In this document: in pieces, positions 38,590 through 51,104 of the stretch
How positions within the stretch are numbered: position 1 is the stretch's first letter
Layout of the letters: each line of letters starts with the position of its first letter
NCBI RefSeq assembly: GCF_004010195.1
Contig: NC_057718.1
Coordinates: forward strand, 80,607,241-80,663,081
Source: Chiloscyllium plagiosum
Taxonomy: Eukaryota
Reading direction: 5' to 3'
DNA: 55,841 nt
The notes under the pieces: generated by a model
The model's input: the letters and a program-made list of their open reading frames with translations, nothing else
Databases searched by the model: none
Told to the model about the DNA's origin: nothing
Translations under genes and position numbers: made by a program

Positions 38590-39515
38590 TCATAGAATCA
38601 TAGACTATTCAGTCCAACTCGTCCATGTCGACCAGTTATCCCAACCCAATCTAGTCCCACTTGCTAGCACCCGGCCCATATCCCTCCAAAACCTTCCTAT
38701 TCGTATACCTGTCCAGATGCCTTTTAAATGTTGCAATTGCACTAGCCTCCATCACTTCCTCTGGCAGCTCATTCCATACACATACTACCCTCTGCGTGAA
38801 AATGTTGCCCCTTCGGTCTCTTTTATATCATTCCTCTCCCATACTAAACCTATGCCCTCTAGTTCTGGACTCCCCCACCCCTGGAAACAGACTTTGTCTA
38901 TTTGTCCTATCCATGCCCCGCGTAATTTTATAAACCTCTATAAGGTCATCTCTCAGCCTTCGGCACTCCAGGGAAAACAGCCCCAGCCTATTCAACCTCT
39001 CCCTTTAGATCAAATCCTCCAACCCTGGCAACATCCTTCTAAATCTTTCCTGAACCCTTTCAAGTTGCACAATATCCTTCTGATAGGAAGGAGACCAGAA
39101 TTGCATGCAATATTCCAAAAGCGGCCTAACCAATGTCCTGTGTAGCCACAACATGACCTCCCAACTTCTGTACTTAATACCCTGACCAATAAAGGAAAGC
39201 ATACCAAATGCCTTCTTCACTATCCTATCGACCTGCGGCTCTACTTTCATGGACTGTGAACCTGCACTCCAAGACCTTTTTGTTCAGCAACACTCCCTAG
39301 GACCTCACCATTAAGTGTATAAGTCCTGCTAAGATTTGCTTTCCCAAAATGTAGCACTTCGCATTTATCTAAATTAAACTTCATTTGCCACTCCTCAGCT
39401 CATTAGCCCATCTGGTCAAGATCACGCTGTAATCTGAGGTAACCTTCTTCACTGTCCACTACACCTCCAATTTTGGTGTCATCTGCAAACTTACTAACTA
39501 TGCCTCTTATGCTCC
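38590..39515 (-). mobile_element. CR1 3' portion
   Basis: RTLVRPLLEYCMQFWSP..LERVQERFRRMLPG. Confidence 0.85.
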
Positions 39516-39575
39516 AAGTTTTTGCAAGAAGTGTTCTTTCTATTCAAGACAGAAACATATTGCAGGAACAAATTA

Positions 39576-39720
39576 CTGAAAATACTGGAATCTGCATTGA
39601 AAATAACAAATGCTGGAGATCACAGTGGGTCAGACAGCATCCATGGATAGTGAGCAAGCTAACTTTGAGTCTAGGTGACTCTTCATCAGAGCTGAAGTAA
39701 AGTGTGGAGGGGACAGCATT
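39576..39720 (-). mobile_element. PLE 3' fragment of a related family with a decayed hammerhead
   Basis: Minus: agct CTGATGA A GAGTC-accta-GACTC AAA GTT agct..., followed by ggatgctgtctgacc...ctccagc. Confidence 0.6.
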
Positions 39721-40116
39721 TATGCTATACTTTGGAACGGGGTGGGACTGGGAGATGTTGATAGTTCAGATGTGGTAATTTCAAAAATGACTGCAGATGT
39801 TGTAAATGTGAAATAAAAACAGAATCAGGTTGTAAGGGCAGAGGTGCCAAAGAGTTTAGGAAGAGGCTAGTTTAACAATGGAAGGGAAGTGGCCAGTTCT
39901 CCCAATTCAGGTCTTTTCTAGTTTTCTTTAGCTGTAGTAGTCACAAGATCTGAGTCCAGGGTAATTGCAAGTAAAGAACTCCTCTGAACTTCTACTGAAA
40001 TTTCTTTGGATGTTGTTCCCTCCTGCCTGTAAGAATCTGTGTTTGAGTTTACCTTTTTGCCAATGATGTGTTTGTGGAACATTACTGTATTCGAACAGTT
40101 AAGTAGTAATAGTTAC

Positions 40117-40709
40117 TGTATCAGGTCCATTTATTGGGATGGATCCACAAAACGCAGTGTTTTATAAATTCTCAAGGATCAGGCTCGCAGGAAAGTAGTC
40201 TGACACAGACCAGGAGAAAAGAACTGAGAGACGAGTTTGCTAGAATATAAGTATTTTATTCCCCGCAGTGTCGCCTCAACCAGGTCTCGTACTTACAACG
40301 GGTCTGGTTTATACTCACTCTACATGTTACCGGAACTGGGAGCCGTCAGTTCTCGTAGAGCGGTTGCCAACAACCCACGCTCGGCGGTTAAACGTAACCC
40401 GGAGCAGACTCTACCGAACTGGGGACTTTCCCAGCTTATATACTCTTTCGAGATCTAAACATTCATGCGAACAACAGGGCAAGACTCTTTTCGAGTTTCA
40501 GCTGGAACCAATTAAGCTTGCAACATCCTGTTTGACAGTGTCTGTTCCTTATAAACACCATAAGCCACACATTCCATTCCGGCAACATATTCATGCGAAC
40601 AACAGGGCAAGACTAAGCAACACCTTCCATTCCGGTAACATATTCATAATAAGATCCACACATGTATTGGGACATAATTTTAACCCTTTCACCACACGCA
40701 GTCCTTATA
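40117..40709 (-). mobile_element. CpG-rich LTR (3' LTR of an ERV-like element)
   Basis: Minus strand: TATATAA (40436-40442), AATAAA (40255-40260), ends ...gataCA, U3-like direct repeats (attcatgcgaacaacagggcaagact x2). The right boundary is inferred. Confidence 0.7.
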
Positions 40710-41397
40710 TTCACCTGCCTCTAGTTGGGCAAACCACAGTTTGCCAATAGTCTTGACAAATTAGTGCTTCAGACAATCACATCTTTGCAATCCAGCAAAT
40801 GATTATACCAAAAGGCTGTATGTCATCATTGTGGACACGGGATCAAGGTGGCATCTGTTATTAGCCTTATATCTGACCAAGTTTGAATACTTTATTCAAC
40901 TGTTGAATTTTTTTTCAGATTCTGTCTGGCCTTGGCTTGCACTTGGCCAAACGCCTCCCTAAACTGACAGTTGCCCTTCTGTCAGTCAATTGTGTTTCTG
41001 TCAGGCCTCACCCACAATTATAGCATTTCCCTTATGGCAGAGGCTGCTGCCTCAGAACATCCTGCTGCTGATCTTATATAGAGATGGATGGCGCTGATAA
41101 TAACTTCCTTTGTTTCAGTTGTCCTCTCGTCCACATGATCTGGGGTTTGGAGCTTTTACTGGGTGAATTTCCCCCTTAGCTGATTTGGGGTACTCTGACT
41201 CATGAATCTCTTTCTCCCAAGCTTGGGCCATCTTTCTTACCATCCATTTTTCTGTGTGGGTGTTGTCTGTGGGATCAAAATTTTGCAAGCTTTCCTTACT
41301 GCCCCAATGGTAAGACAAGCATTTGGCTCTAATTTGCCCTGTTTGCAGTGTCAACACAAAGGATCTTCTCCTTTCAGAAAGGGAGGGGCCATCCTCA

Positions 41398-44300
41398 CTT
41401 GGTCTGGCCTACATGTGACTCTAGAGCCACAGCAATGTGTTTGACTCTCAACTGCCCTCTGAAATTGCCGAGCAACCACTAAGTTGTATCAATCACTACA
41501 AAGTCACAACAAAGAAATGAAACCGGACAGCCCACCTGGCACCGACCTTGGAACCGGAAAAGACAATGACAAAAGCACGAACAGCCCTGTCAACCATGCA
41601 AAGTCCTTCTTACCAACATCTGGGGACTAGTGCTGAAATTGGGAGACCTGTCTCACAGACATGTCAAGCAACAGCCTAACGTAGTTAATTTATTGGAATC
41701 GTATCTTACAGATAACACCCCAGACACCACCATTACCACCCTTGGATAAGTCCTGTCCCACCGGCAGGACAGACCCAGCAGATGTGGTGACACAGTGGTA
41801 TACAGTCAAGAGGGAATTGCCCTGGGAGTGCTTGATATCGACTCCAGACTCCATGAAGTTTCATGGCTCCAGGTTAAACATGGGCAAGGAAACCTCTTAC
41901 TGGTTACCATGTATCGTCCTCCTTCAGCTGACGAATCAGTACTCCACGTTGAACAAACTTGGAGGAAGCACTTAGGGTGGCAAAGGTGCAAAATGCATCC
42001 TGGGTGGGGGATTTCAAAGTCCACCACCGAGAATGGCTCAGCAGCAGCATTACTAATCAAATTGGTTGGGTCAAAAGGATATAACTGCTAGAGTGGGTCT
42101 GCGGCAGGTGGTGAAGGAACCAGCAAAAGGAAAAAACATACTTGACCTCATCCTTACTAATCTGCTGGCTGCAGAAGCATCTGTCCATGACAGTAAAGGT
42201 GACCACCACACTGTCCTTGTGGAGATGAAGTCCCGCTTTCATGTTGAGAATAGCCACCTTCGCGTTGTGAGGCACGAAATGGGACAGACTTCAAACCAAT
42301 CTAGCAGCTTGACTGGGCATCCATAAGGCACTGTGGGCCATTAACAGCAGCAGAACTGTACTCCAGCGGAATCTGCAATCTCATGGCCTGGCATATCCCC
42401 CATTCAACCATTACCATCAAGCCAGGGGATCAACCCCTGATTCAGTGGAGAGTGCAGAAGGCATGTCAGGAGCAGCATCAAGCATACCTAAAAAGGAGGT
42501 GTCAACCTGGTGAAGCTACCAAACAAGATTACTTGTGTGCCAAATGGCATAAACAACAAGTAATAGACAGAGCTAAGCAATCCCACAACCAACGAATCAG
42601 ATCTAAGCTCTGCGGTCTTTCTACATCTAGTTATGAATGGTGGTGGACTATTAAACAACTCATTGAAGGAGGTTCCACAAATATACCCATCCTCAATGAT
42701 GGAGGAGCCCAGCACATCAGTACAAAAGATAAGGCTGATGCATTCGCGACAATCTTCAGTCAGAAGTGCCAAGTGGATGATCCATGTTAGGCTCCTCCAG
42801 TGGTCTGCAGCATCACAGATACCAGTCTCCAGCCAATTCAATTCACTCCACGGGCAGCACAGTGGCTCAGTAGTGAGCACTGTTGCCTCATAGCGTGAGG
42901 GACTCAGGTTCGATTCCAAACTTGGGCAACTGTCTATGTGGAGTTTGCACATTCTCCCCATGTCTGCGTAGGTTTCCTCCGTGGGCTCCGGTTTCCTTTC
43001 ACAGTCCAAGATGTGTAGGTCAGGTGAATTGGCCATTCTAAATTGCCCATAGTTAGGTGCATTCGTCAGAGGTAAATGGGTCTAGGTCGGTTACTCTTTG
43101 AAGGGTCAGTGTGGACTTGTTGGGTCAAAAGACCTGTTTCTACACTGTAGGGAATCTAATCTAATCTAATATACATGATATCAAGTAAGCTGGCGGCACT
43201 GGATACTGCAAAGGCAATGGGCCCTGATAACATTCCAGCAAAAGTACTGAAGATGTGTGCTCCAGAACCTGCTGCTCTCCTAACCAAGCTCTTCCAGTAC
43301 AGTTACAACATTGGCATTTACCCGACAATGTGGAAAATTGCCCAGGTATGTCTTGTACACAAAAAGTAGGACAAATCTAACCCAGCCAATTACCACCCAA
43401 TCAGAATATTCTCCATCAATGAAGTGATGGAAGGGGTCATCAACAGTGCTATCAAGCAGCACCTGCTCAGCAACAACCTTCTCAGTGAAGCAGAGTTTGG
43501 GTTTCGCCAGGGTCACTCAGCTCCTGACCTCATGACAGCCTTGGTTCAAACATGGACAAAAGAGCTGAATTCCAGGAGGTGAGATGAGAATGACAGCCTT
43601 TGACATCAAGGCCACATTTGACCGAATATGGCATCAAAGAGCGCTGGCAAACTGGAATCAATGGATATCAGGAAGCAAACACTGCTGGTTAGTGTTATAC
43701 CTGGCACAAAAGGAAGATGGTTGCGGTTGTGGAAGGTCAATCAGCTCAGCTGCAGGACTTCTCTGCAGGCGCCCCTCCGGGTCATGTCTTTGGCCCAACA
43801 ATCTTCAGCTGCTTCATCAATGACCTTCCCTCTGTCATAAGGTCAGAGTGGGGATGTTCGCCATGATTGCAGTGTTCAGCAACATTCGCGACTCCTCGGA
43901 TACTGAAGCAGTCCGTGTTCAAATGCAACAAGATCTGGACAATATCTAGGCTTGGGCCGACAAGTAACATGCATGCTACACAAATGTCAGACAATGACCA
44001 TCATCAATAAGAGACACTCTAACTACCGCCCTTTGACATTCAACAGAATTACCATCACTGAATCCCTCACTGTCAACATCCTTGGGGTTACCATTGACCA
44101 GAAACTCAACTGAACTCACCACATAAAAATAGTGGCTACAAGAGCAGGTCAAACTATGGATACTGTGGCGAGTAACTCACCTCCTTACACCCCAAAGTCT
44201 ACCACCATCTACAAGGCGCAAGTCAGGACTATGATGGAATTCTCCCCACTTGTCTGGATGGGTGCAGCTCCAACAACACTCCAGAAGCTTGACACCATCC

Positions 44301-44718
44301 AGGACCCGCATCTACACACATTCAATCCCTCCACCACTAGTGCTCAGTAGCAACAGTGTGTACTGCAGAACTGCAGAAATTCTCCAAACATCCTAGACAG
44401 CACCTTCTAAACCCACTTCCACCTAGGACAAGGGCAGCATGTACTTGGGAACACCAGCAACCTGGCTGGCCAATTTTGATAGCCCATCCCGTACAAGACT
44501 CACCACCCTGACTTAGAAATATACTGCCGTTCCTTCACAGTCGTTAGGTCAGAATCCTGGAATTCCATCCCTACCGGCATTTTAGGTCGACCCACAGCAA
44601 GTGGACTGCAGCTATTCAAGAAAGCAGCTCACCACCACCTTCTCAAGGGCAAATGGGGATGTGCTATCAATGCTGGCCAACCAGTGATGCCCAAGTCCCA
44701 CAAATGAATTTTAAAAAG
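41398..44718 (+). mobile_element. Near full-length APE+RT LINE (CR1/L2 group, clade unresolved)
   Basis: KVLLTNIWGL, ILDLILTN and GDHHTV (APE); KAMGPDNIP and DIKATFDRIWH (RT); A-rich end; TSD tcctca at 41392-41397 and 44719-44724. Confidence 0.85.
42852..43170 (+). mobile_element. tRNA-derived SINE (HE1-like) nested in the LINE
   Basis: tggctcagtagt / ggttcgattcc boxes and (aatct)n tail. Confidence 0.85.
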
Positions 44719-45377
44719 TCCTCAAACTTCACTACTCTGGATTTATCTATAGGCTTGTTCTTCTATTTCCTCTCATTCTATCCCATAATTGCTGTCCTGA
44801 TCTGATTCCATTGTCCAAAATCTGCATTATCATTCCCTTTTGAACAGAAAGTTGTGAGTTTAATTTTCAATCTTCTGCTGGCATTTCAAATAGTCTGCAG
44901 TGTGACCTCCGTTTTCTTTGCCTCCCTGGTACAAGACTCTGAGTGCAACCTGTCTACAGCTTTTTGGGCTGATCACTGCCCATAGGCTGTGCCGCCTGGT
45001 CTGCTCCATTGCACTGGGTCAGAAACTGACCAAAAGGTACCTGGTTCCTCTGCTCCTGCTCTGTTGCTTTGTCTCTTTCTCCAGTTGCTGCTTCACATCC
45101 TGTGGGTCCTTACTTAGCTTTGCCGTCTCCCTGTCAAACTACCTGTGTTAGCTATTCCATGCAGCTGCCTATCGCCACTGACTTTGTTTTTTTAACGCAC
45201 TTCCCTTCAGCTTTCTCACGGTCTTCCAGCATTTCTGTCCTGCGGGTCCCAGACCTAATATTTGCACACTGCAATGTCAATTCACCTGGGACTCTTCTTA
45301 TTTTGGAACTTTCTTTGTACCTCCTCCCACTCTGAGCACTGTGTCATTTCTCTTATTGTTTCCTTTCAATTTACTGC

Positions 45378-45451
45378 TGTCTCTCTCTCTCTCTCTCTCT
45401 CTCTCGCTCTGTTTCTGTCTCTGTCTCTCTGTCTCTCTGTCTCTCTGTCTA

Positions 45452-45483
<32 letters not shown>
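45378..45483. repeat. (CT)n/(CTGT)n microsatellite
   Basis: Visible directly. Confidence 0.95.
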
Positions 45484-46137
45484 ACGCTTTGAGTCCTGAT
45501 CCTATATTAGCTGCTTTTTGGCTTCTCTGCAATTTTGGGTCCCTAACTATCTCTTACCTTGTGGTTCGCTGACCCTACTCTTGCTTCTCTGTACCTTTGT
45601 GGGTGCCTAACCCCATTATCTAGCTTCTTGTCAACTCATGGGTCTTCTGACCCTGTATTCAGCTTCCTTGCCCCTGTTTTCTGCAAGGTCCCTCATCCTG
45701 TCCTAGGGCTGGCTGTTTGTCCTCCTCACATTACAAGCACTTGGTTTATGGCCCAATCACTGATCAGAAATCTTCACTCTCTTTCACCTACTTGAATCCT
45801 GATCATTACACGGGGCAGCTTCCCTGTTAATTCAGGCTCAGGCTGAATATCCAAGAGCTCAAGTTTGGTGAGATTTGTCTTTGGAGTTTATACAAAGACA
45901 CCGAATCAAGGAGCACCCAGTGACACCAATGTTATCAGTGCTTTGGATCCTTCAACCAATTTATGTATTAAAAACACTTTACACAAGCATTCTTGTCAGT
46001 AAGGTAGATAAAGGAACACAGAATTCAGTTTGTGGTTCAATTCAATTCTATCAACAAAATATTCCTTAATAAAAACACTGACAATTTCCCAAATTCCCAC
46101 AATATTTACTCTCCATCCAGCTCGATCCATCTGAGAG

Positions 46138-46236
46138 AAAGTTAAAAATCACACAACACCACCTGTTGGACTATTACCTGATATTGTGTGAGTTTTAATT
46201 TTGTCCACCCCAGTCCAACACCAGCTCCTCCACAAT
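46138..46236. mobile_element. Fold-back insert of an unrelated family (B), probably a PLE 3' end
   Basis: aaagttaaaaatcacacaacacca is inverted relative to tgatattgtgtgagttttaatttt, followed by a 32-nt tail. TSD atctgaga at 46129-46136 and 46237-46244. Confidence 0.7.
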
Positions 46237-46601
46237 ATCTGAGAAAATATGTTACCCACAATGATCCATATGTGTTGGTTGGGCTGATGGAATCTCCTTC
46301 CTCTCCCTGAAGGGCTAGCTCTCTTCCATGAAGGTGGGTCTTGCAGGTCAGGACAAATCTTCTCCGCGCACTCTTCTTGGATTTCCGCGCACTCTTCTGG
46401 CAGAAGTCTTGCTGTGAGTCTTCGCCACATCTCCACTAAGAGGATGGCTCCCAAGGTTAGGATGAATATTTGCCAAATGCAGGCAAATGGGGCTGTATCA
46501 GTTTAGGAAATCTGGTTGGAATGGATAAGTTTGGCCAAAGGGCCTGTTTCTGTGCTTATGCTTCTATGACTATGAACTTAGCTAGTGTTAATTGCTGTCA
46601 A

Positions 46602-46697
46602 GATTAGAGTGGTGCTGGAAAAGCACAGCAGGTCAGGCAGCATCCAAGGAGCAGGAAAATCAACGTTTCAAACAGGAGCCCTTCATCAGGAATAAGA
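46602..46697 (-). mobile_element. Family A tail-less arm only
   Basis: Minus ttcCTGATGAagggctcctgtttGAAAcgttg. TSD agtgttaattgctgtcaa / agtgataattgctgtcaa. Confidence 0.78.
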
Positions 46698-47345
46698 AGT
46701 GATAATTGCTGTCAATTGGCAATTTACCACTGACCAGTGAGAATCTCATCATGCCACTTGTGAGAGGTGAAAAATATTGGTTGAAATAATTTCAACATTG
46801 AGAAACATTTCAACTGACTGCGCCAAATTTCTTGCCTGATTCTGCCACATCACTCAGAACCAGATTTCACCCAACATCTCAAAGGGAAAACAAATATCTA
46901 ATTTCATATATTTCTTCACAGATCAGTACTTTCATGACAGATGCTTGGCCAACTTAACCTCATGCAATGCTAGTATCGATGTTGGGTTAAGAAACAGGAT
47001 GAAAACAAGAGAAAGCACCAACAGAACCAGAGACATGAAGTGTGACAAGCTGCGGCTGTGGAATTGGAATTGGGGGCGTGGGGTGGGGGAAGTTGGGACC
47101 CAGGGTGATAGAGGAAAGAGATTAATCTGATATTGGTACAGTTGAAAGAAAAAGCGAGTCAAATAGTCTGGGCAGGCAGGGACAAAGCAGAGAACAAGGT
47201 AGGATTGAGGGTTTGGTTAAGAAAAAGAAGAAAGCATATGTAAGGTATAGACAGGATAGATTGTGTGAATCTTTAGAAGAGTATAAAGGAATTAGGAGTA
47301 TAATTAAGAGGGAAATCAGGAGGGCAAAAAGGGGACATGAGATAG

Positions 47346-47477
47346 CTTCCTGAAGAAGGGCTTATGCCCAAAACGTCGATTCTCCTGCTCCTTGGATGCT
47401 GCCTGACCTGCTGCACTTTTCCAGCAACACACTTTTCAGCTCTGATCTCCAGCATCTGCAGTCCTCACTTTGTCCTT
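47346..47477 (+). mobile_element. Family A single-arm insert
   Basis: Starts ttcctgaaga, GAAA mutated to AAAA. TSD tgagatag on both sides. Confidence 0.85.
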
Positions 47478-48398
47478 TGAGATAGTTTTGGCAAATAGAA
47501 CTAAGGAGAATCCAAAGGGTTTTACAAATACATTAAGGACAAAAGGGAACTAGGAAGAGAATAGGGCTCCTCAAAGATCAGCAGGGCGGCCTTTGTGTGG
47601 AGCCACAGAAAATGGGGGAGATATTAAATAAGTATTTTGCATCAGTATTTACTGTGGAAAAGGATATAGAAGATATAGACTGTAGGGAAATTGATGGTGA
47701 CACCTTGCAAAATGTACAAATTACAGAGGAGGAAGTGCTGGATGTCTTGAAATAGGTTAAGGTGGATAAATCCCCAGGACCTGATCAGGTGAACCCGAGA
47801 ACTCTGTGGGAAGCTAGAGAAGTGATTGTTAGGCCTCTTGCTGAGATATTTGTATCATCGATAGTCACAGGTGAGGTGCCGGAAGACTGGAGGTTGGCAA
47901 ATGTGGTGCCACTGTTTAAGAAAGGTGGTGAGGACAAGCCACGGAACTATAGACCAGTGAGCCTGACCTCGGTGGTGGGCAAGTTGTTGGAGGGACAGGA
48001 TGTACATGTATTTGGAAAGGCAAGGATTGATGAGGGATAGTCAACATGGCTTTGTGCGTGGGAAATCATGTTTCACAAATGTGACTGAGTTTTTTGAAGA
48101 AATAAAAAAGAGGACTGATGAGAGCAGAGCGGTGGACATGATCTATATGGACTTCAGTAAGGCGTTCGTCAAGGTTCCCCATGGGAGACAGGTTAGCAAG
48201 GTTAGATCTCATGGAATACCAGGAGAACTAGCTATTTGGATACAGAACTGGCTCAAAAGTAGAAGACAGAGGGTGGTGGTGGAGGGTTGCTTTTCAGACT
48301 GGAGGCCTGTGATCAGTGGAGTGCTACAAGGATCAGTGCTGGGACCACTACTTTTCGCCATTTATATAAATGATTTGGATGTGAGCATAAGAGATATA

Positions 48399-48640
48399 CA
48401 GAGGAACCTCGATTATCCGAATGAGATGGCCAGGCACTGTTTTGTTTGGATAACTGATTTTTTGGTTAATTGATTTCCTCTGGGGCTCGGAGTTTTCTGT
48501 GAAGTCTGCTCCCTGCTCAGGAGACTAGGCAGCAGCAGCACACTGCGAGCTAGCCCCACTCTCTGCCTGCCCCCAAAATCCTGTCCTACCCCATCCACTC
48601 CCCCCCCCAAACTCCACCCGCACCCAACACCATCCACCCG
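48399..48640. mobile_element. Tigger-like end, same family as 14842-16153
   Basis: TA followed by cagaggaacctcgattatccgaa. The second TIR is missing. Confidence 0.7.
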
Positions 48641-49261
48641 CTGGTCGCCTCATTATGGGAAGGATGTAGAAGCTTAAGAAAGCGTGCAGAGGAGATTTAT
48701 CAGGTTCCTGCCTGGTGTGGACGGCATTTCTTATAAAGAAAGGTTGAAGGAGCTCGGACTTTTCTCATTGGAGTGAAGAGGGATGAGTGGTGAATTGATA
48801 GAAATGTACAAGAAGTTGAGAGGCATAGATAGAGTGGATAGCCAGAGACTTTTTCCCATGGCGGAAATGTCTATCACAAGGAGGCACAATTTTAAGGTAA
48901 TTGGAGGAAGGTTAGGAGAGATGTCAGAGGTAGGCTCTTTACTCAGAGAGTGGTGGGTGCATGGAATGCACTGCCAGCAGTGGTAGTAGAATCAGATACT
49001 TTAGGGACATTTAAGCGACTCTTCGATAGAAGTATGTATGGAAGTTAGTACTATGAAGCGTATGTAGGTTAGTCTGATCTTAGAGTTGGATAAAAGATCG
49101 GCACAACAATGACAGCTGAAGGGCCTGTACTGTGGTGTATTTTCCTATGTTCTATGTTCTTCACTGCTGTTATTTCTAATTTCAAATCTAATGCTGATCT
49201 TGCTTTTATGCACCCATAATCTTATATGCCTTGCTCTAAACACCCTATGTCTCAACACCCT

Positions 49262-50475
49262 TTTTTAAAAATTCATTTGTGGGATGTGGGTGTTGTTGGC
49301 TGGCCAGCATATAATGCCGGTCCCTAGCTGCCCTTGAGGTGATGGTGAACTGCCTTCTTGCACTGCTGCAGTCCACCTGCTGTGGGTTTACCCACAATGT
49401 CATACGAGAGAGAATTCAAGGATTTTGAACCAATAACAGCGAAGGAACAGCAATATATTTCCAAATCAGGATCATGTGTGGCTTGGAGGAGAACTTGAGT
49501 TGATGGTGCTCCCATTAATCTACTGCCCTTGTTCTTTTAGATGGAAGTGGTCGTGGGTTTGGAAGATGCTGACCAAGGATCGTTGGTGAATTTCTGAAGT
49601 GTATTGTGCAGCTAATACACACTGCTGCTACTGGGTGTTGGTAGTGGAGGAAGTGGATGCAGTGCCAATCAAGCTGGCTGCTTTGTCCTGGATGGTGTCA
49701 AGCATCTTGAGTGTTGTTGGAGCTGCACCCATCCAGGCAAGTGGGTTGTATTCCTTCACACTCCTGACTTGTGCCTTGTAGATGGTGGATAGACATTAGG
49801 TGTCAGGAGGTGAGTTACTTGCTGCAGAATCCCTCGCCTCTGACCTGCTCTTGTAGCCACTGTGTTTATGTGGTGAGTCCAATTGAGTTTCTGGTTAATG
49901 ATAATCCCCACAAGGTTGATTGTCAGAGATTCCGTGATGGTAATTCTGTTGAATGCTGAAGAGCAGTGGTTAGATTTTCTCCGACTCATCATGGTAATAA
50001 CCTGACATTTGTGTCGTGCAAATGTTACTTGCCACTTGTCAGCCCAAGCCTGGATATTGTCCAGATCTTATTGCATTTAAACATGGACTGCTTCAGTGGC
50101 TGAGGAGTCAATGGTGCTGAACATTGTACAATCATTGGTAAACATCCCCACTTCTGACCTTATGATGAAGGGAAGGTCATGAATGAAGCAGCTGAAGATG
50201 GTTTGACCAAGGACACTACCCTGAGGAACACCTGCAAAGATGTCCTGGAGCAGAGATGACTGACCTCTAAAAACCACAACCATCTTCCTATGTGTCAGGT
50301 ATGGCTCCAACCAATGGAGTGTTTGCCCCCTGATACCCAATGATTTCAATTTTACTAGGGTTCCTTGATGCCACACTTGGTCGAATGCAGCCTTAATGTC
50401 AAGGGCTGTCACTCTCACCTCACCTCTGGAATTCAGCTATTTTGTCCATGTTGGGACCAAGGCTGTAATGAGGTC
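49262..50475 (-). mobile_element. 5'-truncated copy of the 41398-44718 LINE
   Basis: DIKAAFDQVWHQG..GVPQGSVLG..MFTNDCT. Confidence 0.85.
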
Positions 50476-50637
50476 CTCAGTTGTATGGTCTGTATGTCCT
50501 TGTATGTTGTGATCTGTCTATACTGCATGCAGAACAAAACTTTTCACTGTACTTGGGTAAATGTGACAACAATACATCAAATCAAATCAAAAGAAATGGC
50601 ATACATTTAAGGACATATAACTCTCAAGAAAGATATA

Positions 50638-50978
50638 CAGGTATGCAGTCCTTTATCCGAAATCCCAAAATCTGCAAAGCTCTGAAATATGAAGTCTTTT
50701 ACATGAAGTTTTTTTTTCTCTGTAACACGGTTTGTTTGGCATACAAACAGTTAGCCCAACTCCACACCCACTCAACCTACGTCACTCAGATGTGACATGG
50801 TGGTGTGGCCTGTACCGGCAGGCATCAATTCTGTCTCAGGGCTCGTAGTACTCACACGTGCATCTGCTGTTCGGTAAGATTTTTTAAATTTCATTGTTAA
50901 ACTGTCACTTATTCTGAAATCGAAAAGTTCTGAAAACCAACTGGCCTTGAAGGTTTCGGATAAAGGATTATGTACCTG
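50638..50978. mobile_element. Tc1/mariner-pogo type MITE
   Basis: TIRs caggtatgcagtcctttatccgaaa / tttcggataaaggattatgtacctg with TA on both flanks. Confidence 0.8.
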
Positions 50979-51104
50979 TACTCCATTTAAGAAAGGAAAA
51001 CTTTCTGTGAAGGATGTATCACCTGTGGCTAATTAAGAAAGTGAAAAGTGAAAAAGAAGATGTATAGTGTTTCAAAGATTAGTTGTTGGTCAGACAAATT
51101 AGAG

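Larger units (their letters stand above)
40710..46455 (-). mobile_element. Decayed internal (leader/gag-like) region of the LTR element, split by a LINE
   Basis: Purine-rich minus strand with broken K/E/Q-rich frames (e.g. DYLKCQQKIE, NFDPTDN). Continuity across the LINE TSD. No pol motifs seen. Confidence 0.4.
47210..49160 (+). mobile_element. CR1 ORF2 to 3' end with nested inserts
   Basis: [38 protein letters not shown]. Confidence 0.88.

Noticed and set aside
38558..39145. Longest ORF (195 aa)
   Set aside because: Antisense frame of a CR1 3' region.
38536..40116. Fragmented solo Gypsy LTR (38536-38590 and 39830-40116)
   Set aside because: Only a general resemblance to the 18511-19403 LTR, and the boundaries cannot be supported.
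40268..40750. 160-aa ORF across the LTR
   Set aside because: Non-ATG start, no recognisable motif, and it overlaps LTR signals on the other strand.
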